Below are positions 33,111 through 43,105 of a DNA stretch of 64,000 nt, one piece after another. Each line of letters opens with the position of its first letter. Positions within the stretch are counted from its first letter, which is position 1. The DNA is from a virus (Duplodnaviria; Caudoviricetes): the IMG/VR virus record IMGVR_UViG_3300007965_000002, positions 1 through 64,000 of that record; one strand, 5' to 3'. Position numbers and translations under genes: made by a program. The notes below the pieces were generated by a model. The model made no database searches. It worked only from the letters and a program-made list of their open reading frames with translations, and was not told the DNA's origin.

Positions 33111-34418
33111 ATGGAACTCTCTAGAGATTTTATTTCACGTACTAGCATAACCAACTACCCTGTCGGGGAAAGATTTTTCAAATTGCCTGTCGAAAATATG
33201 ATGTTGCAGGAAGGAATTATCCCCAACGAGCCACAAATAGCTATCATTAATGCGTTGAACGATCCTAACATACGCTTCGTGGTCGGCTGCGTTTCTAGGC
33301 GTGTCGGAAAATCTTTCATCGCCTATACTTTAGGATTCTTAAAAGCTTTAGAGCCTAATGTAAAAGTACTAGTTGTGTGCCCCAACTACTCGCTAGCGAA
33401 TATTGGTTGGACACATATCAAAGGACTTATACGTAAGTATGGTTTAGAAACAGAGAAAGAAAACGCCAAGGATAAAGAGATTGAGTTATCTAATGGTACT
33501 CTTATTAAACTAGCTTCTGCTGGTAATGCTGACTCCGCTGTTGGTCGTTCTTACGACTTTATTATATTTGACGAAGCGGCTATCTCACCTAAGGGTGGGG
33601 ATGCTTTCTCAATTCAGTTACGCCCTACACTTGATAAACCTAACTCTAAAGCTTTGTTTATTTCAACACCTCGAGGTGCTAACTGGTTCCAAGAGTTCTA
33701 CCGTCGTGGGTTTAGTAGTGATCCCTTGTTATCTAAGTGGTGTTCATTACATGGTACTTACCGTGATAACCCTCGTGCTAGTAAGGAAGATATTGATGAA
33801 GCACGTGCTAATAATAGCCCTGCATTCTTTAAACAAGAATACGAAGCTGACTTTGCAACGTTTGAGGGTCAAATTTACGAATCATTCGATTACGAGGAAC
33901 ATGTATTCAATGATGAGGACTTATATGGCCGCTTAATGGTTTCGGAAGATTGTGAGGGTATCCTAGGTATTGACCCAGGTTATCGTGACCCAACTGCCAT
34001 GACAGGTATTAAGTATGATGACGAATCTGACTGCTACTATATTCTAGATGAGTATGAAGAAGCAGGTGCTCAGACTTCTGTTCACGCTAAGTTTATTAGA
34101 CAGTTCGAAGATAGATTTGATCCTCACTATATATTCGTTGACTCGGCGGCTGCTCAGTTTATTGCTGACTTAGCTTACGATTATGATATATCTAGTGCGA
34201 AAGCTAATAAAGCTCAGTCCGAGGGGATTGGACACTTAGCATCATTAATACATGCAGGTAAGATAAAAGTATGGCATAAGTGTACTAAGACTATTAGTAT
34301 GTTTATGAACTATAGATGGGATGATAAAGAAGGCTTAACTTCAGAACGTCCTTTACACAATGAATACTCTCATATGGCAGATGCCGTGAGATACGCAATT
34401 TATACACACAATAGATAA
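33111..34418 (+). CDS. terL: terminase large subunit
   Basis: SRRVGKS Walker A, FIIFDEAA Walker B, STPRG, GIDPG, HMADAVRY. Confidence 0.95.
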   Translation: MELSRDFISRTSITNYPVGERFFKLPVENMMLQEGIIPNEPQIAIINALNDPNIRFVVGCVSRRVGKSFIAYTLGFLKALEPNVKVLVVCPNYSLANIGWTHIKGLIRKYGLETEKENAKDKEIELSNGTLIKLASAGNADSAVGRSYDFIIFDEAAISPKGGDAFSIQLRPTLDKPNSKALFISTPRGANWFQEFYRRGFSSDPLLSKWCSLHGTYRDNPRASKEDIDEARANNSPAFFKQEYEADFATFEGQIYESFDYEEHVFNDEDLYGRLMVSEDCEGILGIDPGYRDPTAMTGIKYDDESDCYYILDEYEEAGAQTSVHAKFIRQFEDRFDPHYIFVDSAAAQFIADLAYDYDISSAKANKAQSEGIGHLASLIHAGKIKVWHKCTKTISMFMNYRWDDKEGLTSERPLHNEYSHMADAVRYAIYTHNR

Positions 34419-34438
34419 TTCTTAGGAGAAATTATAAC

Positions 34439-34717
34439 ATGGCAGATACAATTAATGCAGTACCAGTTTACGGTGACCAGTACTACTCATTGAATGCACT
34501 CACAGGCACGCCTGTGGGAACTGCAATAACAATACAAAATCAAGGAGACTCAGTGCTAGCCATTAATGTTGGAGCTACTAAGCCTGCTGCTACTACTAAG
34601 GCTAGACGTTTAGTCCCTACAGATATAGGCTTTATTGCTTATATAGAAGCGGGCTCGTCAGAAGTCTGGGTTAAAGCTATTAATGGGGCTACTGACGCAC
34701 ATGTAGAGGTGGCTTAA
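34439..34717 (+). CDS. small putative virion protein
   Basis: Beta-rich 92-aa ORF in the late operon. Confidence 0.6.
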   Translation: MADTINAVPVYGDQYYSLNALTGTPVGTAITIQNQGDSVLAINVGATKPAATTKARRLVPTDIGFIAYIEAGSSEVWVKAINGATDAHVEVA

Positions 34718-35568
34718 TGAGTATACTAATTAGAGGTGGTGGTGTAGTACCTCCTCTTACTAACTTAGCACTTACTAGACTTAGTACCTATATTGCTCAA
34801 CTACTAAGCTCAGGTCAATTATCCTTTACTTCTCAACCACAAAGTAAAGCAGTTGACCAGTATTCCCTAGCTACCTTTAGTTGTGTTATTTTAGGGGGGG
34901 TAGGACCATATACTTATCAGTGGAAGAAGAATGGTATTAACGTAGGTACTAATAGTGATTCACTATCTTTTGTAGCTGCTACTACGGATAAAAATGCATC
35001 GATTACGGTTACTGTGACTGATAGTGTTGGCACTATAATTACTTCTAGTGCCGCAATTTTAGGTGTGACGAGTTATGTATACCAATTAGACGGTGTGGCT
35101 CAATACCACAAGTTGAGCAACCAAATACCTTTTGATGCCAATACAGTAATAAAGATTAAATTTTTAGGTGTGCCGTCTTTTTTTGGGGCGTATCGAAAGT
35201 TTATAGAGTCAGCAGATTATGCAACGAGAGTTGACTCTAATGCTTCTGGAAACACATTTAGACTTAATAGCTGTACCGCTAAACTTGATGGTATAGCTAT
35301 ATCAACAGGAACAGCAATACCGACTTCAGGGTGGCATACATTAGAAATAACTCCAACATCTACCAGCTCATTGGCTACAATAGGAAGTCGTGGATCTGGA
35401 GAATTATCAATATGGGGATTATTTGGATTTGAAGTAATTAAATCAGGAGTTATATCTAATAATATACCATTAAATAATAAATCTGCTGGTGCTAACCAGC
35501 TTGCTACTGCTGGAAGCATCAACGCTACGATAGTTAATTATAATCCAGCGGGGTGGGTAGCATTATGA
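34717..35568 (+). CDS. Ig-like domain plus lectin-like domain virion protein
   Basis: FTSQPQS...FSC...GG.GPYTYQWKKNG...VTVTDS Ig motif; beta-sandwich C-terminus. Confidence 0.7.
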   Translation: MSILIRGGGVVPPLTNLALTRLSTYIAQLLSSGQLSFTSQPQSKAVDQYSLATFSCVILGGVGPYTYQWKKNGINVGTNSDSLSFVAATTDKNASITVTVTDSVGTIITSSAAILGVTSYVYQLDGVAQYHKLSNQIPFDANTVIKIKFLGVPSFFGAYRKFIESADYATRVDSNASGNTFRLNSCTAKLDGIAISTGTAIPTSGWHTLEITPTSTSSLATIGSRGSGELSIWGLFGFEVIKSGVISNNIPLNNKSAGANQLATAGSINATIVNYNPAGWVAL

Positions 35569-35846
35569 TACAATTAGATACTTGGGTTAATTCTGGTATG
35601 TATATATTTGTTATATTATCTGAGGAGGGTTATCAGGCTAATGAGATAGCTAAGACAACTTGGCCTAGTGCAGCTATATATGGCGACTATCGATTAGTTA
35701 ATTTTCATAAAGATAACGTAGAGGAGTTTATAGCACAATTAGACTCCCTAGGTTATACTCCTACGTATGGTTTAGGAGGAAATACTCCTATGCTAGTTAC
35801 TTGGGAAGAGGCTAAAGAATTTACTGCACAATATAATATTGAGTGA
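35553..35846 (+). CDS. hypothetical protein
   Basis: Operonic ORF; probable start MIQL. Confidence 0.55.
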   Translation: MGSIMIQLDTWVNSGMYIFVILSEEGYQANEIAKTTWPSAAIYGDYRLVNFHKDNVEEFIAQLDSLGYTPTYGLGGNTPMLVTWEEAKEFTAQYNIE

Positions 35847-35964
35847 TTTAATACTTGTAAAAGTACAACCATACTAGTTAGTTCTGGTATGGTTGTATTA
35901 TAAATATTACTTTACAAATCTAAATATTACTTTATAATAGATTCTAAGTTAGAGGAACAAATAC

Positions 35965-36426
35965 ATGGCAACAAACACTAGAAGTGTTATCAAGTGGATT
36001 AGGGACTTAGCTAAAAGCCATTATGCAAAAGATACAAAATGTGCAATATGTGGTGTGGAACACGAACTGGAGTTCCATCACTATAATACGGTTTCCTTGA
36101 CCGTTAACAACTACGTCAAACAACACGGAATATCTGTGGATACTAAAGAAGATATTCTTGCTATGCGAGAACCATTTTTAAAAGAGAAGTGGCGTGAGAT
36201 GGTTGAGGAAGCTGTAACCCTTTGTGCTAGTCATCATAAGTTACTGCATAAATTATATGGTAAAGAGCCTGCTCTAAATACCGCAAAAAAACAAGAAATC
36301 TGGGTTGAGCGTCAAAGAGAAAAAGTAGCTAGTGGAACCGAGGGTGCTTTAATAGTATCACTACCCTCTAGTCTAACCCAATTTTGTACCGATTCACAAC
36401 CACTAAGTAATTTCATAACGAGGTAA
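35965..36426 (+). CDS. HNH nicking endonuclease (T5-like, upstream of portal)
   Basis: CAICG, LEFHH, TLCASHH..LH; synteny. Confidence 0.8.
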   Translation: MATNTRSVIKWIRDLAKSHYAKDTKCAICGVEHELEFHHYNTVSLTVNNYVKQHGISVDTKEDILAMREPFLKEKWREMVEEAVTLCASHHKLLHKLYGKEPALNTAKKQEIWVERQREKVASGTEGALIVSLPSSLTQFCTDSQPLSNFITR

Positions 36427-36428
36427 TA

Positions 36429-37637
36429 ATGGGACTTTGGCACTCAATAGTAGAGAAACTAAATCCATCACAAGAAAGAATAAAAAATAGTGATCCCGGT
36501 GGTAAACGTACTACTAGTGATCCTTATACCATATCACAAGCTTACCGTGAGGTAGAGTTTGTAAACAGAGCGGTTAACATGTTTGTTGATTCTTGCTCTG
36601 AAGTTACATATGACGTAAAGGAAAAACATGCTGGTGTAATATCGCATGGTACGGGTGTACGAAAGGATCAACTACAAAAACTTTTAAATGTTCAACCAAA
36701 TCCATATATGGATGTAAACTTATTCCGTCGCCTAGTCTTTATGGACTTAATTATGGAAGGAGCAGCCTACATCTTCTGGGACGGCGCAGGTTTATACCCG
36801 CTACCAGCATCCCAGATGGAAGTAGTTATGGACAAGAAAAAGTTTATTAATAAGTTTGTATTTGCTGGTAAGGATGATTATCGTCCAGACCAAATTATCT
36901 TTATTAAAGATAACGCATACTATGCAAATACAGTTATGACTAGCGGATATAGTCGTCTAGCTTCTTCACTAGCTAGTATCAAACGTCTACGTAAGTTAGC
37001 AACCTTTAAAGAAAAGTTCTATGATAATGGAGCTGTACTTGGTTTAGTTATTGAAACTGACCAATTATTAAGTAAAAAACATAAACAACGTTACGAAGAA
37101 GAAACTTCTATTAGGTATAATCCTAGTACAGGTAAATCTAGCGTACTAGTTTTAGATGGTGGGTTTAAGGCAAAGTCGGTATCAAATACTAGTTTCCGTG
37201 ATATGGGGACTAAGGAAGATCAGGATGATTTACGTGTGTCTATAGCAACAGCTATTGGTATACCTCCTATATTATTTGACTCCGGTAATAATGCTAATAT
37301 CAGACCTAACCTAGATTTATTTTACTCTATGACTGTAATGCCTACACTACGTAAGGCAGAGGCTGCGATAGAGTTCTTCTTCGGTTATGATGTTAAGCTA
37401 ATGACAGAAGATGTTATGGCTCTAGCACCAGATAAGAAGATTCAAGCAGACTATGTTAGTGCACTTGTTAATAACGGTATTATTACTGGTAATGAGGGTC
37501 GCGGAATGCTACGTCTAGTTGAACTAACAGACGAGGAAATGACTAAGATCAGAATACCTCAGAATATTGCAGGCTCAGGAACTGGAGTTACTGGACAAAC
37601 CGGTGGTAAACCACCCGCAAAAGAGGAAAAGAAATAA
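36429..37637 (+). CDS. portal protein (pb7-like, HK97 family)
   Basis: LLN..PN.YM, GYSRL, NGA..G, VLDGG, IGIPP, NEGR. Confidence 0.92.
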   Translation: MGLWHSIVEKLNPSQERIKNSDPGGKRTTSDPYTISQAYREVEFVNRAVNMFVDSCSEVTYDVKEKHAGVISHGTGVRKDQLQKLLNVQPNPYMDVNLFRRLVFMDLIMEGAAYIFWDGAGLYPLPASQMEVVMDKKKFINKFVFAGKDDYRPDQIIFIKDNAYYANTVMTSGYSRLASSLASIKRLRKLATFKEKFYDNGAVLGLVIETDQLLSKKHKQRYEEETSIRYNPSTGKSSVLVLDGGFKAKSVSNTSFRDMGTKEDQDDLRVSIATAIGIPPILFDSGNNANIRPNLDLFYSMTVMPTLRKAEAAIEFFFGYDVKLMTEDVMALAPDKKIQADYVSALVNNGIITGNEGRGMLRLVELTDEEMTKIRIPQNIAGSGTGVTGQTGGKPPAKEEKK

Positions 37638-39059
37638 ATGATTGAAACATGGCCTAATGAGATAATGGAAGAGTTATTACAGATATTTAATGGTACTATA
37701 CCTGAGAGCCATATATTCTATGCACATAGTGGTACCCCTACAAGAGCACAGTTATATGATTTTATAAAGAGATATAAACAAGGCGACCTTGAGAACCGTA
37801 AAGAACTTGATTTATGGAAGGACTTCTTAAATGTTTATACCTACTATGTAGCTAATAGAAAGTTTAATAGTCTTAATCTAAGTGAGTTACGTACTAACAG
37901 TGGTTATGATACATATTTAGCTTCATTAAGTGATTTAATTAATAATACTGGTAGTACATATGTTACTGATATTCAAGTAAATGCTATAGCAGAAGATATT
38001 GCTCTAGGTACTTTGGATTTAAACGCTTATAATTTTATTATTAAACAAATAGTACCAGGACCACTACAGACTAGTGGTTACTGGGTAGCTGGTACACTTT
38101 CTGGGGATGGCGATACACTAATAAGTGCTCGTAGGTATAACTCTACTGCGGCTATAAGCCGAGATTCTGGACTTAATTGGTCTGAGTTTACTGTCCCAGG
38201 TGCTACTAATAAAACTTATAAATTTATTACTAATTTTGATGGTAATACTATTATAGCACTAGATACAGGTATTAGTGAGGATATAGTAAATTACTCTATA
38301 GATGGTGGTCTAAATTGGATTACATTACCTGCCTTACCCACAGGTACGGCAGCATTAGTATCTGGCTTTAATAGTGGTTGGGTATCTGATGATAGTAGTA
38401 TTATTAGACTAATCTCTGCTACTGGTGAGTTTTTACTTGAGTACTCAAGTGGTTCTTGGAGTACTTTAACAAATCCATATACACAAACAGCTGTTGTATT
38501 TAGCGAGTATGCTTCACTAAATAATCCTATAATTCTTAATAATGTTGAGGGTGATACCTGTATTATAATAAACGATAATAAGATATTTATTAGTAAAGAT
38601 GGTTGTAGAAACTGGTCACTACAGGAAATACAATTTAGCGGGTACTGGTCTAGTGCAAGCATGTCGCATAATACTAATAGTATAGTGATATGTGATGGTA
38701 ACGATGCTGCTCATATAGTTTCTTATGATGGTGGTGCTACATGGAATAATTTAGTTCTACCTACTGATTTACTTTCTGATTATTTACAAGTAAATATATC
38801 ATATGACGGTAAGCAGTTATTCGGATTTGTCCAAGGCTCTAATAACGAAGCTGTATTAGGTTACTCTCCAGATAGAGGAGCTACTTGGACTAGAAATGTA
38901 TTAAGTACAGCTGGTGTAGGAGAGTTTCTACAGTGGCAAGACTTAGGTAATAATGGTGTTACTTATGTATTAGCAGCTAGAAATACAACTAGTACCCTTA
39001 GAACTGGAGATTCAGGCCAAAATTGGCATCTCAGTAGCACTGTAGGAGCAGTATTATAA
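37638..39059 (+). CDS. pb10-like capsid decoration protein fused to a BNR/Asp-box beta-propeller
   Basis: N-terminal F..TIPESHIFYA like T5 pb10; six S.D.G..W Asp-boxes. Confidence 0.7.
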   Translation: MIETWPNEIMEELLQIFNGTIPESHIFYAHSGTPTRAQLYDFIKRYKQGDLENRKELDLWKDFLNVYTYYVANRKFNSLNLSELRTNSGYDTYLASLSDLINNTGSTYVTDIQVNAIAEDIALGTLDLNAYNFIIKQIVPGPLQTSGYWVAGTLSGDGDTLISARRYNSTAAISRDSGLNWSEFTVPGATNKTYKFITNFDGNTIIALDTGISEDIVNYSIDGGLNWITLPALPTGTAALVSGFNSGWVSDDSSIIRLISATGEFLLEYSSGSWSTLTNPYTQTAVVFSEYASLNNPIILNNVEGDTCIIINDNKIFISKDGCRNWSLQEIQFSGYWSSASMSHNTNSIVICDGNDAAHIVSYDGGATWNNLVLPTDLLSDYLQVNISYDGKQLFGFVQGSNNEAVLGYSPDRGATWTRNVLSTAGVGEFLQWQDLGNNGVTYVLAARNTTSTLRTGDSGQNWHLSSTVGAVL

Positions 39060-39283
39060 TGATTGATAAACTATTTAAAACTTTTGGGGATACACTACCT
39101 GAGCGCCATGTATTCTTTGCATCGGAGGGAGCACCTACACGTGCTCTTCTTTTCAAGGAGTTTGGTAGCTGGGTATCATTTAATAATGAGTATTACCGTT
39201 ATGTAGCTGTACAGAAAGCTTTGGCAGCTTCTAAAACTAAAAATGTAGCTGTAAAAGCTAAAGGAGCTACTAATGCAAAATAA
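39059..39283 (+). CDS. pb10-like capsid-binding domain only
   Basis: FGDTLPERHVFFAS; paralogous to the N-terminus of 37638. Confidence 0.7.
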   Translation: MIDKLFKTFGDTLPERHVFFASEGAPTRALLFKEFGSWVSFNNEYYRYVAVQKALAASKTKNVAVKAKGATNAK

Positions 39284-39848
39284 CCCTGAAATTACTGCGT
39301 ATATTAAATCAGTATCTTTAACTGAAGATACTGGTGATATTATTATACGTGGATATGCAAATACAGTTACCAAGGATAGAGCTGGGGATGTTATTCCTAC
39401 TGAAACTTGGAAATCTAGTAATGCATTAACAAACTACATGAAGAATCCAATTCTTCTTGCATTCCATGACCATAAACTACCTATTGGCGAAGTAACAGAA
39501 TTGAATATTACACCAGAGGGATTGGAAGTAGTCGCTAGAGTTGTTAAGTCAGCACCTGCTAGTGTATATGGACTAATCAAGGATGGTATATTAAAAGCTT
39601 TCAGTGTTGGTTTCCGAATCTTAGATGCGGATTACGAACATGAGAAAGGTATTTTCTTAATAAAAGACTTAGAACTACTAGAACTTTCAGTAGTATCAGT
39701 ACCTTGTAACCAAGATTCTATCTTTAGTCTAGAAAAAACCTTATGTATGAAAGACTATATAGAACTAAAGCAAAAGTTCATTAAATCTGAACCTGAGCCT
39801 TTAAACGAGATTGAAAAACTTCTACTAATGTTAGGTTCCCTAGACTAA
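39273..39848 (+). CDS. prohead protease (pb11-like)
   Basis: GYANT..KDR.GDVI, H....PIG, FSVGF, LELSVVSVPCN. Confidence 0.92.
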   Translation: MQNNPEITAYIKSVSLTEDTGDIIIRGYANTVTKDRAGDVIPTETWKSSNALTNYMKNPILLAFHDHKLPIGEVTELNITPEGLEVVARVVKSAPASVYGLIKDGILKAFSVGFRILDADYEHEKGIFLIKDLELLELSVVSVPCNQDSIFSLEKTLCMKDYIELKQKFIKSEPEPLNEIEKLLLMLGSLD

Positions 39849-39951
39849 AATATAAAAGTTGGTTTACAAAACCTAACTATTTAGTATATAATAATTCTAT
39901 CTTAAATTAAGACCAAATTTTTTACAACGATATAATCATAGGAGATTAATT

Positions 39952-41346
39952 GTGCCAAATTCATTAGATATTAACAAATTAAGAGATCAACTTGGTCTTA
40001 CCGCAATCACTGACGCTCTAAAGCAAGTTAGTGACGAAAATGCTAAAACTCAGGCAGCTAAAGCTCTAGCAGCAAAAGCAGCAGAAGAAGAAGCTCGTGT
40101 AACTAAGTTAATCGAAGCGTCTACTGGAGAACAACGCGAAGCGTTGATCGCAGCAAACGATACAATCAAAGCTTTAGAAAGCAAACTTGATACAGGCAAT
40201 ACAGCATTCGCTAAAGCATTAGAACAAATGCAAGCAGAAGTTGTTGGCTATCAAGATCAAATTAAACAAGTTTTAGCATCACGTGAAAACAACCACTCTT
40301 TCGTGGCTGGTGCAGTTGGTAAAGCTATGTTCGGTAACGACCAAGAAACTTTTGAAAAAGAAGTTGAAAATGTTGCTTTAGTAAGTTTCATTACTGAAAA
40401 AGGCATGTTCGAAACCAAATATGGTGAAGCTCACTTAAAAGCTGTTAACGCAAGTTCAAGCATCCAAGTTTCTAGTGAAAACTACGAAACAATCTTTTCT
40501 CAACGTATTCTACGTGATATGCAGAAGTTAATGGTTGTTGGTAACATGTTCGAAGAATTACCGATGACTAGTAAGTTACTTACTATGATGATCGAACCTG
40601 ATTCACAAGTTGCAACATGGGTTGATTCTAGAACTTATGGTACTGACGCTACTACTGGTAACGAAATTACAGCTGCTCTAGGTGAAACAACTTTCCGTAC
40701 ATTCAAACTAGCTAGTAAAGCTTACATGACTGATGAAACAGAAGAAGATGCTATCGTAGCATTACTACCTATTATCCGTCGTCACTTAGTTGAATCACAC
40801 GTTAAAGCTATCGAAATTGCTTTCATGAGTGGTACTGGTACTGGTCAACCTGCTGGTCTACTAACTATGGCTGCTGCAGATTCTATGAAGAAAGCTACTT
40901 TAGCTACTCATACTGGTACTGTTAAAGTTACAGCTAAAATGATTCACGTGTTACGTCGTAACATGGGTCAATACGGTTTAGATTTATCTAAACTAGCACT
41001 AGTAGTTTCAATGGACGCATACTTCGATCTTTTAGAAGATGAAGAATGGCAGGACGTTAACCAAGTTGGTGCTGATAATTCGTTAAAGCTTCAAGGACAA
41101 GTTGGTCGTATCTACGGTCTAGCTGTTGTAGTTTCTAACTACTTCCCTGCAAAAGCTTTAGGTTCAGAATTCTGTGCTATCGTATATCGTGAGAACTTCG
41201 TTGTTCCTCGTCAACGCACAATTACTGTTGAACGCGAGCGTCAAGCTGGTAAGCAACGTGATGCGTACTACGTTACACAACGTCTTAACCTACAACGTAT
41301 GATTGCTGGTAAAGGTATTGTTACAGGTACTTACGCGGCTGCTTAA
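39952..41346 (+). CDS. major capsid protein (pb8-like, HK97 fold with delta domain)
   Basis: N-terminal coiled coil, GTGQPAGL, GQVGRIYG; highly biased codons; GTG start. Confidence 0.93.
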   Translation: MPNSLDINKLRDQLGLTAITDALKQVSDENAKTQAAKALAAKAAEEEARVTKLIEASTGEQREALIAANDTIKALESKLDTGNTAFAKALEQMQAEVVGYQDQIKQVLASRENNHSFVAGAVGKAMFGNDQETFEKEVENVALVSFITEKGMFETKYGEAHLKAVNASSSIQVSSENYETIFSQRILRDMQKLMVVGNMFEELPMTSKLLTMMIEPDSQVATWVDSRTYGTDATTGNEITAALGETTFRTFKLASKAYMTDETEEDAIVALLPIIRRHLVESHVKAIEIAFMSGTGTGQPAGLLTMAAADSMKKATLATHTGTVKVTAKMIHVLRRNMGQYGLDLSKLALVVSMDAYFDLLEDEEWQDVNQVGADNSLKLQGQVGRIYGLAVVVSNYFPAKALGSEFCAIVYRENFVVPRQRTITVERERQAGKQRDAYYVTQRLNLQRMIAGKGIVTGTYAAA

Positions 41347-41362
41347 TCGCATAACCCAAATG

Positions 41363-41392
41363 AGGGCAGGGCTTCTAGCCTTGCCCTTTTTT
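41363..41392 (+). terminator. intrinsic terminator
   Basis: AGGGCAGGGC...GCCTTGCCCT-T tract. Confidence 0.75.
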
Positions 41393-41406
41393 ATTGAGGA
41401 AAATAT

Positions 41407-41913
41407 ATGGCACAAATAATTAGTGTAGCGGACTTTAAAGCCGCTGAGGGTATTAATAGCCCCGATTCAGATGCTCAGATTACCACAATAGTAAATGGTG
41501 TTAACTCGTACTTATCTGATATATTAGACCTAGATAATACTTCTGATTATCTAGAAAAGGTAGAAACTACAGAGTCATTTTTCTTAGATACTCTAGATAG
41601 GGCTGCTGATATTATAGTTACTGATGTAGATGGAGTACCTCTTACTGGCTTAACAGGTAGTAGAGGTAGATATACATTAACTAATGATTATGTTGGTATT
41701 GTTAATTTTACATACTCAAATCATATCCCCCTGACTGGTGGGACTTATCCTGCAGATATTATACTAGCAGCACATACGTTAGCTAGATACTACAAGCGAG
41801 AAGAATATAAAGCTAGTGCATCAGCTGCTGGCCAATCTATTAGCTTTGTAACCTTATCAAGTAATATACCAAAACATATATTGTCCTTAGTAGCGCACTA
41901 TAGGCCACTATAA
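41407..41913 (+). CDS. head completion / head-tail connector
   Basis: P.DI.LA...L..YYKREEYK...IPKHI..L...YR; synteny. Confidence 0.8.
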   Translation: MAQIISVADFKAAEGINSPDSDAQITTIVNGVNSYLSDILDLDNTSDYLEKVETTESFFLDTLDRAADIIVTDVDGVPLTGLTGSRGRYTLTNDYVGIVNFTYSNHIPLTGGTYPADIILAAHTLARYYKREEYKASASAAGQSISFVTLSSNIPKHILSLVAHYRPL

Positions 41914-42650
41914 TGTCTTTATCTAGTTTTGCAAAAGAGGTAGTTGATAAGCTGATTAATAAACTATACTCTAAAAATGATGATGGGACAATAAGCTATA
42001 GTCTAGAGATTAATAGTAGTAGGGCTGATCCCGACGTATTTACTACTAACTTTAAATTTAAGAAACCTATACCTGAAGCTGATCTAGAAAAGATTATGCC
42101 TGATTTTATAAATATCCTATCTACTAACCTATCCGCTAGACGCTTAGGTGTTATAGGTGCAATACTAGGTAAAGCAGGTATAGACCCAGAAAGTATAGGT
42201 AAAAGTACTAAAGTTATGGGTTCCCTACCTATTAGGGGTACAGGTAAGGGCACTGAAAATATAGGTTCTCTATTATCTATACGTACTAAGTCCGGTAGAT
42301 TTATTGGTATAGAAGCTTTCAAAGGTTTAGTTAGCTTACTAATGAAACCTTATATAGTTAAAGATATGGTTAGTCCTTCTTTAGTATATAGAACTGGTAG
42401 ATTTGTAGCTAGTACTTATGTTAGTAATGTACAGGTTTATAATAGTCCTAGTAGTTCATTACCTATACTAGAAATAACTTTTGGGTACCAAATGTATCCA
42501 TACCATACTTTTGATCCAGCAGGGCCGAATGGTTTAGGATTAGCTACTCCAGAAAGAAATCCTCGTAAGATTATAGGAGAAGCAATTACTAAGGTACTAG
42601 ATGATTTAGTTTCTAGTAGGCAATATAATATAAGGATTAACCAATTATGA
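41913..42650 (+). CDS. tail completion protein (p143-like)
   Basis: L.YRTGRF, Y...PY.TF..., RNPR..I; synteny. Confidence 0.75.
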   Translation: MSLSSFAKEVVDKLINKLYSKNDDGTISYSLEINSSRADPDVFTTNFKFKKPIPEADLEKIMPDFINILSTNLSARRLGVIGAILGKAGIDPESIGKSTKVMGSLPIRGTGKGTENIGSLLSIRTKSGRFIGIEAFKGLVSLLMKPYIVKDMVSPSLVYRTGRFVASTYVSNVQVYNSPSSSLPILEITFGYQMYPYHTFDPAGPNGLGLATPERNPRKIIGEAITKVLDDLVSSRQYNIRINQL

Positions 42651-43105
42651 GGGGTTCAATAGTAGACTCTTTAGCAGCATTAATAAAAGCAGGAGTAGAT
42701 GGTTCTGATTATGCAAACCTTTATGGTAATGTATCAACTAAGAATCTACACTTCGACCAAATACCCGACTTCCCATACTGTACTGTCTCCCCTGGCCCTA
42801 GTACAATTACTCTAGAAAGTTCTGGAATAAAATGGAAGTATTTAGATGTATATATAAGATTATATGTTCGAAGCGAAGAAGATGCTCAAGGCAAATTAGA
42901 GCTGCTCATCGCAGATATAGAAAATATAATTGACTCTAATTTACAATTAGAGTATACTATCACTAAAGCATCAGGGGATACAATAACAGGTTATACCGCA
43001 GACTCTAATATTCGTAGTGTAACTACTGATGAAGGAATTCTCGCCCCATTGGCTTTCGGGGAAATAACCACACAAATTAGGTATCAAAATATTCAAAGGA
43101 GATAA
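42647..43105 (+). CDS. tail terminator (p142-like)
   Basis: FDQIPDFP, TTDEG.L.P; synteny. Confidence 0.8.
   Translation: MRGSIVDSLAALIKAGVDGSDYANLYGNVSTKNLHFDQIPDFPYCTVSPGPSTITLESSGIKWKYLDVYIRLYVRSEEDAQGKLELLIADIENIIDSNLQLEYTITKASGDTITGYTADSNIRSVTTDEGILAPLAFGEITTQIRYQNIQRR

Noticed and set aside
41364-41371. KOPS site GGGCAGGG
   Set aside because: A single copy that forms part of a terminator stem.
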